Source: a bacterium
GTDB lineage: Bacteria; Bacteroidota; Ignavibacteria; UBA10030
DNA length: 64,000 bases
Reading direction: 5' to 3'
Assembly: GCA_043803945.1 (NCBI GenBank)
Contig: JAZDJN010000061.1
Span: 32,001 to 96,000 of the forward strand
Shown here: piece by piece, positions 10,022 to 19,980 of the stretch
How the letters are laid out: the number at the start of each line of letters is the position of its first letter
Numbering within the stretch: the stretch's first letter is position 1
Made by a program: the position numbers and the translations under genes
Notes under the pieces: generated by a model
What the model was told of the DNA's origin: nothing
Seen by the model: only the letters and a program-made list of their open reading frames with translations
Database searches by the model: none

Positions 10022-10591
10022 TTAGACGCCGACGGGAGCCGCTTTCGCTGCCAGTTTTTCTATTCCGTATTGGTATCCCTTTTCGAAAGCATTGAGGTTC
10101 AATTCTTCCGTTCCTTTCGGTACAGAAACTTTCACTGCACTGCGCATCGCCTCCACATCCACAATACCGGAAATTGCCGTGGTGAATCCCATCATCACGA
10201 TATTCAGTACCATCTTTTTGCCAAGTTCTTCAGCAAATCGTGTGGCCGGAATCGAAAAATGTTTGATGTCCTTCCTCAGGTTGTGAGGAACCACCAACTC
10301 CTCTTCTGTAATCAACGTGCCACCCGCAGCAAGTTCGGGCGAGAACTTCGTGTATGCTTCCTGCGACATCAACACAATCAGATTGGGTGATATGATGTAC
10401 GGATAGGTAATCGGATCTGTTGAGACAATCACCTGAGCACTGCATGCACTACCGCGGGCCTCCGGACCGAAGGCCTGGATCATCGTAGCAAACTTATTAT
10501 CGTAGATGGAAGCAGCTCTGCCGACGATATAGCCGCTGAGAATGACTCCCTGCCCGCCAAATCCACCAATTTTAATTTCTGTTCTGGGCAT
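10022..10591 (-). CDS. korC: 2-oxoacid:ferredoxin oxidoreductase gamma subunit
   Basis: IKIGGFGGQGVIL, FGPEARGSAC and NLNAFEKG; substrate specificity not determinable. Confidence 0.85.
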   Translation of the reverse strand: MPRTEIKIGGFGGQGVILSGYIVGRAASIYDNKFATMIQAFGPEARGSACSAQVIVSTDPITYPYIISPNLIVLMSQEAYTKFSPELAAGGTLITEEELVVPHNLRKDIKHFSIPATRFAEELGKKMVLNIVMMGFTTAISGIVDVEAMRSAVKVSVPKGTEELNLNAFEKGYQYGIEKLAAKAAPVGV

Positions 10592-11480
10592 TGATCATAT
10601 TCCTTATTTCGTTGGAGGGAACATAACGGTCACCAAACTTCTTCTGGTAGTGCTCGTTCATGGAATCGATATAGGTCGGGCGTTCAATATCAACAAACTT
10701 GCCGATAGTAATCTTGCCTTGAAATTCGAGACCGACAGATTTCGTATCGACCCCATTCTTGATCTCGCTGTTGTCGCGATAATACATCAGTTGATCGAGG
10801 CCATCGCCCAGCTTATTCCTTCTGCTGTAGAGTGTCGGACAGGGTGCCAGCACCTCGATAAACGTAAAGCCTTTCTTTCCCAATGCTTCTTTGATCGACT
10901 TGGTGAGATGACGAACATGGAAGGCAGTCCATCGTGCAACATAGACCGCACCGCAGGATTCGGCAAGAAAGGGAAGATTGAACGTCTGTTCAAAATTTCC
11001 ATACGGCGTCGTCGAAGCTGTAGCCGAAAGCGGCGTCGTCGGTGCAACCTGTCCGCCGGTCATTCCATAAATTCCATTATTGATCAGAATCACCGTCAGA
11101 TCCAGGTTTCTCCTCGCTGCATGAATGAAATGATTGCCGCCGATTGCCGTCAGGTCGCCATCGCCGCTGTAGACGATAACCCTGAGCTGCGGATTAGCCA
11201 GTTTCAGTCCGGTCGCAAACGGAATCGCCCGGCCATGCGTTGTGTGGAAGGAATCCAACTTCACATATCCTGCAACACGGCCTGTACATCCGATCCCCGA
11301 AACAATTGAGACTTTCTCCAGGTCGAGTTTACTGGTTTGCAATGCTCGAACAAAACAATTAAGCGTCGTGCCGATTCCACAGCCCGGACACCAGATGTGC
11401 GGAATGCGATCCATGCGAAGAAGTTCTTCGATGGGATTCAAAGGCATTGCTGCTTCAGTATAGAGTTGTTCTTCAGTCAT
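10572..11480 (-). CDS. korB: 2-oxoacid:ferredoxin oxidoreductase beta subunit (TPP-binding)
   Basis: WCPGCG, SGIGC, HGRA, GDGD...NN.IYGMTGGQ and PCPT. Confidence 0.9.
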   Translation of the reverse strand: MTEEQLYTEAAMPLNPIEELLRMDRIPHIWCPGCGIGTTLNCFVRALQTSKLDLEKVSIVSGIGCTGRVAGYVKLDSFHTTHGRAIPFATGLKLANPQLRVIVYSGDGDLTAIGGNHFIHAARRNLDLTVILINNGIYGMTGGQVAPTTPLSATASTTPYGNFEQTFNLPFLAESCGAVYVARWTAFHVRHLTKSIKEALGKKGFTFIEVLAPCPTLYSRRNKLGDGLDQLMYYRDNSEIKNGVDTKSVGLEFQGKITIGKFVDIERPTYIDSMNEHYQKKFGDRYVPSNEIRNMINAQNRN

Positions 11481-11486
11481 TGTCCC

Positions 11487-12650
11487 TCATCCTTTCACCG
11501 ATTCAACAATCTTCGTATAAATATCCTTTGGCTGGTGCACTGTACCACCGGCGTGAGGAACCAACTCAACATGCGCCTTGCCTGCTGCACAACGCTCCAC
11601 TTCGAGTACCATCTGTCCCATATTCAACTCTGGAACGACAAACGCTTTAACACGCGCGGCGAGTTCACGGATTCTCTTTTCGGGGAATGGCCATACTACA
11701 ACGAGCCGGAGATGGCCAACCTTGAGTCCTTCACTCCGTGCCTGTTCTATTGCCGGGATTGCAGTACGTGATGTAATTCCGTACGTCACCACAACCACGT
11801 CGGCATCTTCGACATTCTCTTCTTTATATTCAATAATCCGATCGGCATTCACTTTGATTTTATCGAGGAGCCGGCGGATAAGCTTCGCCTGGGTGGCGAC
11901 GGTCATATTCGGATACCCGCGTTCATCGTGCGTTAATCCGGTGACGTGAATATTGTAGCCGTCGCCCGCCTTCACCATAAGAGGAACGAGATCGCTTTCG
12001 GCAGCAAAGGGCAGATAGTCTTCCTTGGGGCCCTGATAAAAGCGGCGCTCAACAATATCGATCTGATCAGCCGGCGGTACCACAACCCGTTCGATCATAT
12101 GGCCGACACACTCGTCCATCATGAGCAGCACCGGTACGCGATATTGCTCAGCAAGGTTGAATGCCTTGATAGTGAGATCAAAACACTCCTGGGGTGAATT
12201 CGGTGAAAGTGCAATTATACTGTAGTCGCCATGCGAACCCCAGCGGGCTTGCATCATATCACCTTGTGCCGGCATGGTTGGTAGTCCGGTTGACGGGCCA
12301 GCTCGCTGCACATCGACGAAGACACAGGGAGTTTCCGTCATCGAAGCCAGGCCCAGGTGTTCCATCATCAGAGAGAATCCCGGCCCGGAGGTAACGGTCA
12401 TCACTTTTTTCCCGCCCCATGCTGCGCCTTGAATTGCAATGGACGAGGCGATTTCATCTTCCATTTGAATAAATATTCCGCCGACGAACGGAAACCGTTC
12501 GGCAATGCGTTCGACCACTTCGGTCGATGGTGTAATCGGGTATCCAGCCACAAAGCGACATCCTGCGGCAATGGCACCCTCGCTGCATGCGTGGTCACCG
12601 TCGATGAAATGTGGGCCGGAAAGAACGCCTATTGGATCAGCTTTCGCCAT
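11487..12650 (-). CDS. korA: 2-oxoacid:ferredoxin oxidoreductase alpha subunit
   Basis: AGYPITPSTE, QMEDEIAS, TSGPGFSLMME and QRAGPSTGLPT. Start moved to MAKADP at 12650 (GGAGA RBS; overlaps the delta-subunit stop). Confidence 0.9.
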   Translation of the reverse strand: MAKADPIGVLSGPHFIDGDHACSEGAIAAGCRFVAGYPITPSTEVVERIAERFPFVGGIFIQMEDEIASSIAIQGAAWGGKKVMTVTSGPGFSLMMEHLGLASMTETPCVFVDVQRAGPSTGLPTMPAQGDMMQARWGSHGDYSIIALSPNSPQECFDLTIKAFNLAEQYRVPVLLMMDECVGHMIERVVVPPADQIDIVERRFYQGPKEDYLPFAAESDLVPLMVKAGDGYNIHVTGLTHDERGYPNMTVATQAKLIRRLLDKIKVNADRIIEYKEENVEDADVVVVTYGITSRTAIPAIEQARSEGLKVGHLRLVVVWPFPEKRIRELAARVKAFVVPELNMGQMVLEVERCAAGKAHVELVPHAGGTVHQPKDIYTKIVESVKG

Positions 12651-12898
12651 CAGTTCTCCTTTGATTTCTTTTTCATAAATCCGTAAATCGCGAAGTCGGG
12701 ACACACCATGCCGCAAATATCGCAGCCGGTGCATGCTTCTTCGCGGGCCAGTACGGGAGGATGATATCCTTTTGCGTTGTACTGACTTGAAAGCTCCAGA
12801 GCATCTGTCGGACAAAATTCGACGCAAAAGCCGCAGCCCTTGCATCGCTCCGCAATAATGACAACTGTGCCTTTCGGTTTCTTTGTTGGTTCTGCCAT
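12650..12898 (-). CDS. korD: 2x[4Fe-4S] delta subunit / ferredoxin of the oxidoreductase
   Basis: CKGCGFCVEFCP and CTGCDICGMVCPDFAI. Confidence 0.85.
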   Translation of the reverse strand: MAEPTKKPKGTVVIIAERCKGCGFCVEFCPTDALELSSQYNAKGYHPPVLAREEACTGCDICGMVCPDFAIYGFMKKKSKEN

Positions 12899-13016
12899 TG
12901 ATTCTCCTAGTTCATCTGTAATGATCTACGCTCCCACCCACGCCCGCAAGATTGAGTGGTGCAGTGTACCGTACTTCCGGGTACGCCGCAAACACGATCC
13001 GCTTCAACAGAAAAAA

Positions 13017-14258
13017 TTAATCGAGGAAATGAACAAACAGGCCATCTCTCAACTTCGGTTCAAACCATGTTGACTTCGGTGGCATGATTTTCCCTGCATC
13101 CGCAATCGCCATCAATTCCGAAACCGATGTCGGATACATACTGAACGCCAGTTTCATCTCACCTGAGTTCACGCGCCGCTCCAGCTCATGCAGCCCTCTC
13201 ATTCCTCCGACAAAATCGATACGCTTGTCCGTTCTCGGATCTTTGATTCCAAGAAAGGAATCCAAGACATAGCGTTGCAGAATGGAAACATCCAGGCTCT
13301 CAACCGGGTCCTGGATGGAATTCAGTGCATCATTTGCCGTCAGTACATACCATCGTCCATCGAGGAATAATCCGAATTCACCTTTCGCTCCCGGGCGTAC
13401 TACCACCGATGCCTCTGCAATCGTAAAGGATGTTTTGAGCTTCTCGAAGAATTGCTCCTTGCTCAATCCATTCAGGTCCTTCACAACCCGATTGTAATCA
13501 AAGATGCGAAGCTGGCTCCCGGGGAAGTACACCGCGAGAAAATAGTTGTACTCTTCAGCGCCAGTGTGATGCGGATTCTGTTGCTGGCGTTCACGGCCAA
13601 CAATAGCCGCCGATGCCGACCGATGGTGTCCATCGGCAATGTAAAGAGAGCGAATAGTCTTGAAAAGCGTCACAATCTTCTCAATGACAGGCTGCTCTTT
13701 TATGACCCAGGATTGATGACGGATCCCATCAAGTGCAACGTGATCATTTTCCGGAGGCCTGCTCGTGACCTGGCCGACAATCGCATCGATTTCGGGATTA
13801 TCAGGATAGGTCAGAAAGATTGGCCCCGAGTGTGAGTTAGTGACGCGGACATGGTTACAGCGGTCTTCTTCTTTATCTTTTCGCGTTAATTCGTGTTTCT
13901 TTATTGTGTCGTTCCAGTATTCTTCCACCGACGCACATCCGACAAGTCCATATTGTGTGCGGTCCTGCATCGTTTGTGCATAGATATAGAGGTACGGCTC
14001 CTTGTCTTCGAGAAGCATACCATCAGTGATGAGCTTCTGGAGGTTTTGTTTCCCACGCTCATAGACTCGAGGATCGTGCAGATCAATTGAAGAATCAAGA
14101 TCGACTTCGGGCTTACCGACATGGAGAAAGGAGAGCGGATGGCCTTTCGCTTCTTCTCGTGCTTCATCGGAATTCAGAACATCGTACGGCTTGGCCGCAA
14201 CTTCTCCTGCAAATTCCGGTTTGGGTCGAAACGCTTTAAACGGACGGATCGTTGACAT
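13017..14258 (-). CDS. DUF1015 family protein
   Basis: IRPFKAFRP..PYDV, IKKHELTR, YIADGHHR and IMPPKSTWFEPKLRDGL; downstream of serA. Confidence 0.9.
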   Translation of the reverse strand: MSTIRPFKAFRPKPEFAGEVAAKPYDVLNSDEAREEAKGHPLSFLHVGKPEVDLDSSIDLHDPRVYERGKQNLQKLITDGMLLEDKEPYLYIYAQTMQDRTQYGLVGCASVEEYWNDTIKKHELTRKDKEEDRCNHVRVTNSHSGPIFLTYPDNPEIDAIVGQVTSRPPENDHVALDGIRHQSWVIKEQPVIEKIVTLFKTIRSLYIADGHHRSASAAIVGRERQQQNPHHTGAEEYNYFLAVYFPGSQLRIFDYNRVVKDLNGLSKEQFFEKLKTSFTIAEASVVVRPGAKGEFGLFLDGRWYVLTANDALNSIQDPVESLDVSILQRYVLDSFLGIKDPRTDKRIDFVGGMRGLHELERRVNSGEMKLAFSMYPTSVSELMAIADAGKIMPPKSTWFEPKLRDGLFVHFLD

Positions 14259-14274
14259 AGTGCGACAACGCTCC

Positions 14275-15198
14275 TTACTCTGTATACCGCTCGGGATTGA
14301 GCGCCTTATTCACCTTGACAGCAATCTCTGCTCCTACCCGATCCTGAGCTTCCACCGTCGAACCACCGATATGCGGTGTTACACTGACGCGCGGATGATT
14401 GATCAATGCTTTTTGAGCATCGGTGGGCGGCTCGTTGACAAACACATCGAGTGCCGCTGCTGCTACTTTGCCGCTCTCGAGTGCTTCGAGTAAGGCTTGC
14501 TCGTCGATCACTCCGCCGCGCGCACAATTCACAATGATGACACCCTTCTTCATCATCTCGATTTCTTTCTTCCCAATCACCGGGCCGGCTTTCTTGTCGA
14601 ACGGCAGATGCAGCGAGATGTAATCTGCTTCAGCCAGCACCTTCTCTTTGGTAGTAATATGAACCATAAAATCCATTGGTGTGAAAGGTGGATCGAATGC
14701 GAGAACATGCATGCCCATTCCAAGTGCGCGCCGTGCAACCTCTTTGCCGATATTTCCCAGACCGAACAAGCCCAGCTTCTTATTATAGAGTTCGACACCC
14801 TGGCCAAATTCCTTCTTCGGCCATTTTCCCTGCCGCATTTCCATGCTGCTCACATGGAGAAACCTGCTCACAGCGAGCATATGACCAATGGCCAGTTCTG
14901 CAACCGAAATGGAAGATGCTACAGGCGTATTCAGGACAGGCAGCCCCATGGCTTTTGCAGTATCCACCGCGATGTTGTCGACACCCACACCGCCGCGGGC
15001 AATCACCTTAAGATTCTTGCCTGCTTCAATGACTTCCTTTGTGACCTTAGTGGCTGAACGGACAATGATGCAGTGGTATGGTTCAATAACTTTCACCAAT
15101 TCCTCTGCGGAAACTTTCTGATCATCTACCTCGTGGCCGGCATCGACTAAAATCTTTTTACCCTCTGCCGAGATCCCATCGGTAATTAGTATCTTCAT
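14275..15198 (-). CDS. serA: D-3-phosphoglycerate dehydrogenase (short form, no ACT domain)
   Basis: IIVRSATKVT, RGGVGVDNI, SVAEL, GLGNIG, NCARGG and TPHIGGST; clustered with serC. Confidence 0.85.
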   Translation of the reverse strand: MKILITDGISAEGKKILVDAGHEVDDQKVSAEELVKVIEPYHCIIVRSATKVTKEVIEAGKNLKVIARGGVGVDNIAVDTAKAMGLPVLNTPVASSISVAELAIGHMLAVSRFLHVSSMEMRQGKWPKKEFGQGVELYNKKLGLFGLGNIGKEVARRALGMGMHVLAFDPPFTPMDFMVHITTKEKVLAEADYISLHLPFDKKAGPVIGKKEIEMMKKGVIIVNCARGGVIDEQALLEALESGKVAAAALDVFVNEPPTDAQKALINHPRVSVTPHIGGSTVEAQDRVGAEIAVKVNKALNPERYTE

Positions 15199-15324
15199 GA
15201 TAATATACTCCTCTCTAAATCAGTTTGGTGAATCAATTGTGAACGAGAGAGCAAGTTGGATCTCATCAATACTCAATCCACCCCATCATTATATATCCCA
15301 GCTTACCTTCTCATGATTGAGTCC

Positions 15325-15353
15325 AACATAGATAAAAATATTTGAACGAGCAA
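15325..15353 (-). promoter_or_regulatory. Possible sigma70-type promoter for serA
   Basis: TTGCTC-N17-TATGTT on the minus strand. Confidence 0.35.
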
Positions 15354-15678
15354 CATTAGCGTGCATGTATTTGTCGCTATTGAGAATACGGATTAATCAA
15401 TGGAGTGAGATGGATTCCAGAGTTCAAGTTTCCCCGAAATCCTGCTATTCACATTGCTGTAAAGTCATAATTTTTGAGATTTTAAAGACTGCAAAATCCG
15501 GTAGCCTTCACCCAGAATGACAAGCCTTTGTCTCCGACGTTTTCAACTATGTAGGTAATGCTTAAAAAAAAATCATTCATGACGCAACATGCTTGTAAGA
15601 AAAAAATATCGTAAGTTTATTGCAAGCACAAGATATCGTTTACCCTCACATTATCTATCAGAAACAGGAGATATTCCT

Positions 15679-16764
15679 ATGGCACGCGCACATAATTTCT
15701 TCGCTGGCCCCGCGATACTTCCTTTCTCCGTCTTGGAGGAAACCCGGGACGCTGTTATGGATTTTGCCAACCTCGGTGTCTCGATTATGGAGGTCAGTCA
15801 TCGAGACAAGTCATTTGATAAGGTCGTTGCCGAGGCTTCACAGGATGCCCTGGCTCTTATGGGGCTTTCAGCGGCAGACTACGCTGTCGTGTTTGTCGGA
15901 GGCGGGGCGAGCATGCAGTTCGCCATGGTTCCGATGAACTTCATGCACAAGAAAGCCGACTACATCAACACCGGCGAATGGTCTACGAAAGCCATCAAAG
16001 AGGCAAAGCTGTTCGGTGAGGTCGCTGAGGTCGCTTCCTCAAAAGCAACAAATTTCAACCAGATACCGAAGACCATCACGTTCTCCGGCGATGCCGACTA
16101 TGTTCACATCACCACCAATAACACAATTTTCGGCACGCAGTGGAAATCGATTCCCGATGTCGGAGAAGTACCATTGATCGCCGATATGTCTTCCGATATG
16201 CTCGGCTACAAGAGAGACTTTCCAAAGTATAGTCTCATCTACGCCGGTGCTCAGAAAAATCTCGGGCCTGCCGGAGTAACAATGATCGTCATCAAAAAGG
16301 CATGGATGGAAGCGAAGATGAAGGCCAATATCCCGACGATGCTGAAATACAAGACGCATGTCGATGGTACCTCTCTCTATAATACACCTCCCGTGCTGCC
16401 GCTTTTTGTCGTCGGACGAACATTGAAGTGGATCCTCAAGGAGGGCGGGCTGGAAGCAATTCAGGCACGCAATGAAATGAAGGCGAAGTTGATTTACGAT
16501 GTGATCGATTCTTCCGGCGGCTTCTATAAAGGCTCAGTTGTAAACAAGGAAGATCGTTCGCTGATGAACATAACCTGGAATTTGCCGACACCAGAACTTG
16601 AGGATAAGTTCATTGCTGAAGCGAAGGGAAAGAAAATGCTAGGCCTGAAGGGGCACCGTTCCGTCGGCGGAATTCGCGCCTCGGTCTATAATGCATGTCC
16701 GGTCGAGTCATGCGAACTCCTTGCCAAACACATGGAAGAATTTTACCAGGCAAATAAAGGATAG
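15679..16764 (+). CDS. serC: Phosphoserine aminotransferase
   Basis: HNFFAGPAILP, SIMEVSHR, DMSSD, YAGAQKNLGPAG (PLP Lys) and GHRSVGGIRASVYNA. Start at 15679 after an AGGAG RBS. Confidence 0.95.
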   Translation: MARAHNFFAGPAILPFSVLEETRDAVMDFANLGVSIMEVSHRDKSFDKVVAEASQDALALMGLSAADYAVVFVGGGASMQFAMVPMNFMHKKADYINTGEWSTKAIKEAKLFGEVAEVASSKATNFNQIPKTITFSGDADYVHITTNNTIFGTQWKSIPDVGEVPLIADMSSDMLGYKRDFPKYSLIYAGAQKNLGPAGVTMIVIKKAWMEAKMKANIPTMLKYKTHVDGTSLYNTPPVLPLFVVGRTLKWILKEGGLEAIQARNEMKAKLIYDVIDSSGGFYKGSVVNKEDRSLMNITWNLPTPELEDKFIAEAKGKKMLGLKGHRSVGGIRASVYNACPVESCELLAKHMEEFYQANKG

Positions 16765-16793
16765 ACGATCCCTCCGAAATACACATTAGAATA

Positions 16794-16840
16794 AAAACAG
16801 AAACCCCTTAGTGAGAATTCGCTAGGGGATTTTCTGTTTT
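16794..16840 (+). terminator. Terminator after serC, probably bidirectional
   Basis: AAAACAGAAA-CCCCT...AGGGG-A-TTTTCTGTTTT. Confidence 0.7.
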
Positions 16841-16857
16841 AGAATCGTTGAGGCATT

Positions 16858-16911
16858 TGCACCAGAGGCGCATGCGCCTTCCGCCAATAAGACGGCGGAC
16901 AGGTCGGCGCA
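16858..16911. repeat. Nested miniature palindromic elements
   Basis: Outer palindrome TGCACCAGAGGCGCATGCGCCT...TCGGCGCA interrupted by inner hairpin TCCGCC-AATAAGAC-GGCGGA-CAGG. Confidence 0.5.
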
Positions 16912-17147
16912 GAATCAATGGTTCAATTCTACAATGGTCGGGAGCAGGAGATCCCTCCCAGCATTTAGTTTGAATATGCACTCGGGTGTGACTATCGTCT
17001 GCATCCTGCCTGCTGTTGTCTATTTTCCCCAATCGACATTCCTCTCACCTCACATCTCTCCAATAAAAAACGGTCTCAACATTCGCCAAGACCGTCTTAA
17101 AACTATTCTCTCTACTGTATACGGTTTACTGTCAACCGTTTATCCGT

Positions 17148-17417
17148 CTACTCTCCTCTCGGTTCGTATGATGACATCACTCCATTGATCGATTCTGCAC
17201 GTGCCTGGATTTCATTTAATTTCTGGTTAATCTTCAGAATACTTACCCCCCCCTTTTCCAGCAAATCTTCAACGAGAGCACGAACATCGGGATAATCACA
17301 CTCCTCCTTCAGATGCTGATAGAATCTCATCATCGCAGTTTCCTCATGCAACGCCTGATTCAACATTGCACACGTGTTACGGCATGCATGCTCACATTGA
17401 ATTGCTTCCTTCTCCAT
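17148..17417 (-). CDS. Small ferritin/rubrerythrin-like helical protein with N-terminal Cys cluster
   Basis: MEKEAIQCEHACRNTC..ALHEETAMMRFY; probable start 17417; last gene of the Vor-like operon. Confidence 0.5.
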   Translation of the reverse strand: MEKEAIQCEHACRNTCAMLNQALHEETAMMRFYQHLKEECDYPDVRALVEDLLEKGGVSILKINQKLNEIQARAESINGVMSSYEPRGE

Positions 17418-17454
17418 CTGCCAATCCTTTCCCTCGTGAGTTGATGAATAGGTG

Positions 17455-18021
17455 TTACTGGGCAGGAACCGACAATGCTTCAATCACTAATTCCCTGCCG
17501 CGTGCAAGCGCCTTCTCGTTAATTCCCAACAGGTGCTGGCGATGTGCCGGAAGTACTTTCTTCAACGCTGCAATCACATTCTCCGGTTTCACGATTGGCC
17601 TGCGTTCAAGGAAGGCACCCAACAGAATCACATTGGCGACCACCTTGCTTGTCAGCTTATGCGCTTCATCGATTGCCGGAATGCCGATGATCTCGATATC
17701 ACTGCGATCGGGGACATTAATGATAGTCGACTTCTCATAGAGAAGTAAGCCGCCCGGTTTCACTTTGGCCGCAAATTTATCCATCGACGGCTGATTGAGA
17801 ATAATCGCTGAATCAAATTTCGACAGTATGGGTGAACTGATCCGTGTGGGGGAAACAATGACGATACAATTTGCTGTACCGCCACGCATTTCAGGCCCGT
17901 ACGATGGCATCCAACTCACTTCCTTATCCTCAACCATGGCCGAGTAACTCAGGAGCTGCCCCATCGATAACACTCCCTGTCCTCCAAATCCTGCTATAAC
18001 CATTTCATGCGCTGCTTCCAT
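17455..18021 (-). CDS. 2-oxoacid:ferredoxin oxidoreductase gamma subunit (Vor-like)
   Basis: IAGFGGQGVLSMG, SWMPSYGPEMRGGTANC and NEKALARG. Confidence 0.9.
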   Translation of the reverse strand: MEAAHEMVIAGFGGQGVLSMGQLLSYSAMVEDKEVSWMPSYGPEMRGGTANCIVIVSPTRISSPILSKFDSAIILNQPSMDKFAAKVKPGGLLLYEKSTIINVPDRSDIEIIGIPAIDEAHKLTSKVVANVILLGAFLERRPIVKPENVIAALKKVLPAHRQHLLGINEKALARGRELVIEALSVPAQ

Positions 18022-18067
18022 TTGCTCATTCCTTATACATGATCAGTGGTGGATTCACCTCTCACCG

Positions 18068-18844
18068 TCAGTTCATATTCGGTGATGGAACTTTAATATC
18101 ACCGAGTGGATAGAAGGGGAACATATGTTCTTCCATCCACTTGTTCGCTTCGAGGGGAGTCATCTTCCAGCCCGACGGGCAGTTCGAGACGATCTCGATG
18201 AAGCAGGTCCCCTTGTTCAACTTCTGATATTCGAAAGAGGCTTTCACAGCCTTCTTTAATTTTCGCACCGCCGTTGGCGTGTGCACCGATTGGCGGGTGA
18301 CATAGTAAGCACCCGGAAGGTTGGCGATCAATTCGGTTATCCTGAGCGGGTAGCCAGCGAGTGCTGCCTGCCTGCCGTAGGGCGAGGTCGTGGTCTTCAT
18401 GCCGAGCAGAGTCGTTGGTGCCATTTGTCCGCCAGTCATACCGTAGACTCCATTATTTATAAAGACGATTAGAATATTCTCGCCGCGGTTGATGGAATGA
18501 ATCGTCTCCGCAGTGCCGATGGCAGCAAGATCGCCATCACCTTGATAGGTAAACACATAGCGATCGGGCAACACGCGTTTTATACCGGTTGCCACTGCCG
18601 TCGCACGACCGTGCGCTGCCTCCTGCATATCGATGTTCATATAATGGTAGGCGAAAACGGAGCAGCCAACCGGAGCGACGCCGATGGTCTTATCTTGAAT
18701 ACCCAGTTCGTCGACAACCTGCATCAAAACGTTGTGTGCAGTACCATGCCCGCAGCCGGGACAATAATGCATCGGGGTATCCGTCAGGGTTTGGGGCTTC
18801 TTGAAGACTAGATCAAATCCAATTGTGATTGGTGGAAGACTCAT
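18068..18844 (-). CDS. 2-oxoacid:ferredoxin oxidoreductase beta subunit (Vor-like, TPP-binding)
   Basis: HYCPGCGHG, APVGC, AAHGRA, YQGDGDLAAIG and YGMTGGQMAPTT. Confidence 0.9.
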   Translation of the reverse strand: MSLPPITIGFDLVFKKPQTLTDTPMHYCPGCGHGTAHNVLMQVVDELGIQDKTIGVAPVGCSVFAYHYMNIDMQEAAHGRATAVATGIKRVLPDRYVFTYQGDGDLAAIGTAETIHSINRGENILIVFINNGVYGMTGGQMAPTTLLGMKTTTSPYGRQAALAGYPLRITELIANLPGAYYVTRQSVHTPTAVRKLKKAVKASFEYQKLNKGTCFIEIVSNCPSGWKMTPLEANKWMEEHMFPFYPLGDIKVPSPNMN

Positions 18845-18848
18845 ATGG

Positions 18849-19946
18849 TTACTTCTCCATTTCTACCGCCGCACCATGGGCGATGGTCTCGATTTCATGA
18901 AGGATATCATCTGGTGAAGGAATCATTCCTCCCATCCGGCCGTGAAAGAAGACCGGACATTTTCCTTCGACACCAAGTTTCACATCTTCCAGCATCTGAC
19001 CCGCATTCATCTCGACAACGAGTACTGCCTTAACCCGCGAGGCAATTTCATGGATCACCGCATATGGAAATGGATAGACGGTAATCGGGCGAACGATGCC
19101 GACCTTCAGTCCATGTTCGCGGGCAAGTTCCTTTGCTTTCTGACAGATGCGCGCGACAAGACCAAACGCTACTAAAACAATGTCGGCATCTTCGGTGTCG
19201 AACGTTTCAAAGCGGAGTTCATTCTTCTCGATCTCTTTGTACTTTGCCTGGAGCTTCAGATTGACCTGCTCCATGACTTCAGGCTGCATGAACAGCGACG
19301 TAATAATGTTTGCATTCCGTGATGGTTCTTTTCCTCTTGTTGCCCATGGCTTCTCGATATATGGAAGAACTCCTTTGGGTTTCAGCACCACTTTCTCCAT
19401 CATCTGGCCGATGGCTCCATCGGAAAGTATCATGACACCCATACGGTATTTCTCAGCAAGCCGGAATCCTTCAAAAACAAAATCGGCCATCTCCTGCACC
19501 GATGAAGGGGCAAGAACGATGAGCCGGTAATCTCCGTGACCGCCGCCTTTAGTCGATTGAAAATAATCCCCCTGTGAGGGTTGAATCGTCCCGAGTCCGG
19601 GACCGCCCCGTTGAATGTTTGCAATGAGGAATGGCAATTCAGCCGACGCCATGTAGGAAATTCCCTCTTGCATCAGACTGATTCCGGGACCTGAAGAAGT
19701 GATCATCACGCGTGCCCCCGCACCTGAAGCGCCGTACACCATATTGATCGCAGCAACTTCACTTTCGGCTTGAAGGATTACTGCCTCGTGATTGGGCTGT
19801 TCTTCCATCAGGTATTCCATCACTTCTGATTGCGGTGTGATCGGATATCCGAAGTACGCTTGCATTCCGGCACGAAATGAGGCTTCAGCAAGAGCCTCGT
19901 TGCCTTTCATCAACCGGACTTCAGGAGTGTTACTGGTTTGTTCCAT
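18849..19946 (-). CDS. vorB: 3-methyl-2-oxobutanoate (2-ketoisovalerate):ferredoxin oxidoreductase VorB-type subunit
   Basis: LMKGNEALAEA, YFGYPITPQSE, QAESEVAAINMVYGA and RGGPGLGTIQPSQGDY. Confidence 0.85.
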   Translation of the reverse strand: MEQTSNTPEVRLMKGNEALAEASFRAGMQAYFGYPITPQSEVMEYLMEEQPNHEAVILQAESEVAAINMVYGASGAGARVMITSSGPGISLMQEGISYMASAELPFLIANIQRGGPGLGTIQPSQGDYFQSTKGGGHGDYRLIVLAPSSVQEMADFVFEGFRLAEKYRMGVMILSDGAIGQMMEKVVLKPKGVLPYIEKPWATRGKEPSRNANIITSLFMQPEVMEQVNLKLQAKYKEIEKNELRFETFDTEDADIVLVAFGLVARICQKAKELAREHGLKVGIVRPITVYPFPYAVIHEIASRVKAVLVVEMNAGQMLEDVKLGVEGKCPVFFHGRMGGMIPSPDDILHEIETIAHGAAVEMEK

Positions 19947-19980
19947 ACTATTCTGCCTTCAATTCACAATGAGGAAAAGA

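Noticed and set aside
12651-12845. Extended N-terminus of the alpha-subunit ORF
   Set aside because: It overlaps the ferredoxin-like delta gene in another frame; family similarity starts at MAKADP.
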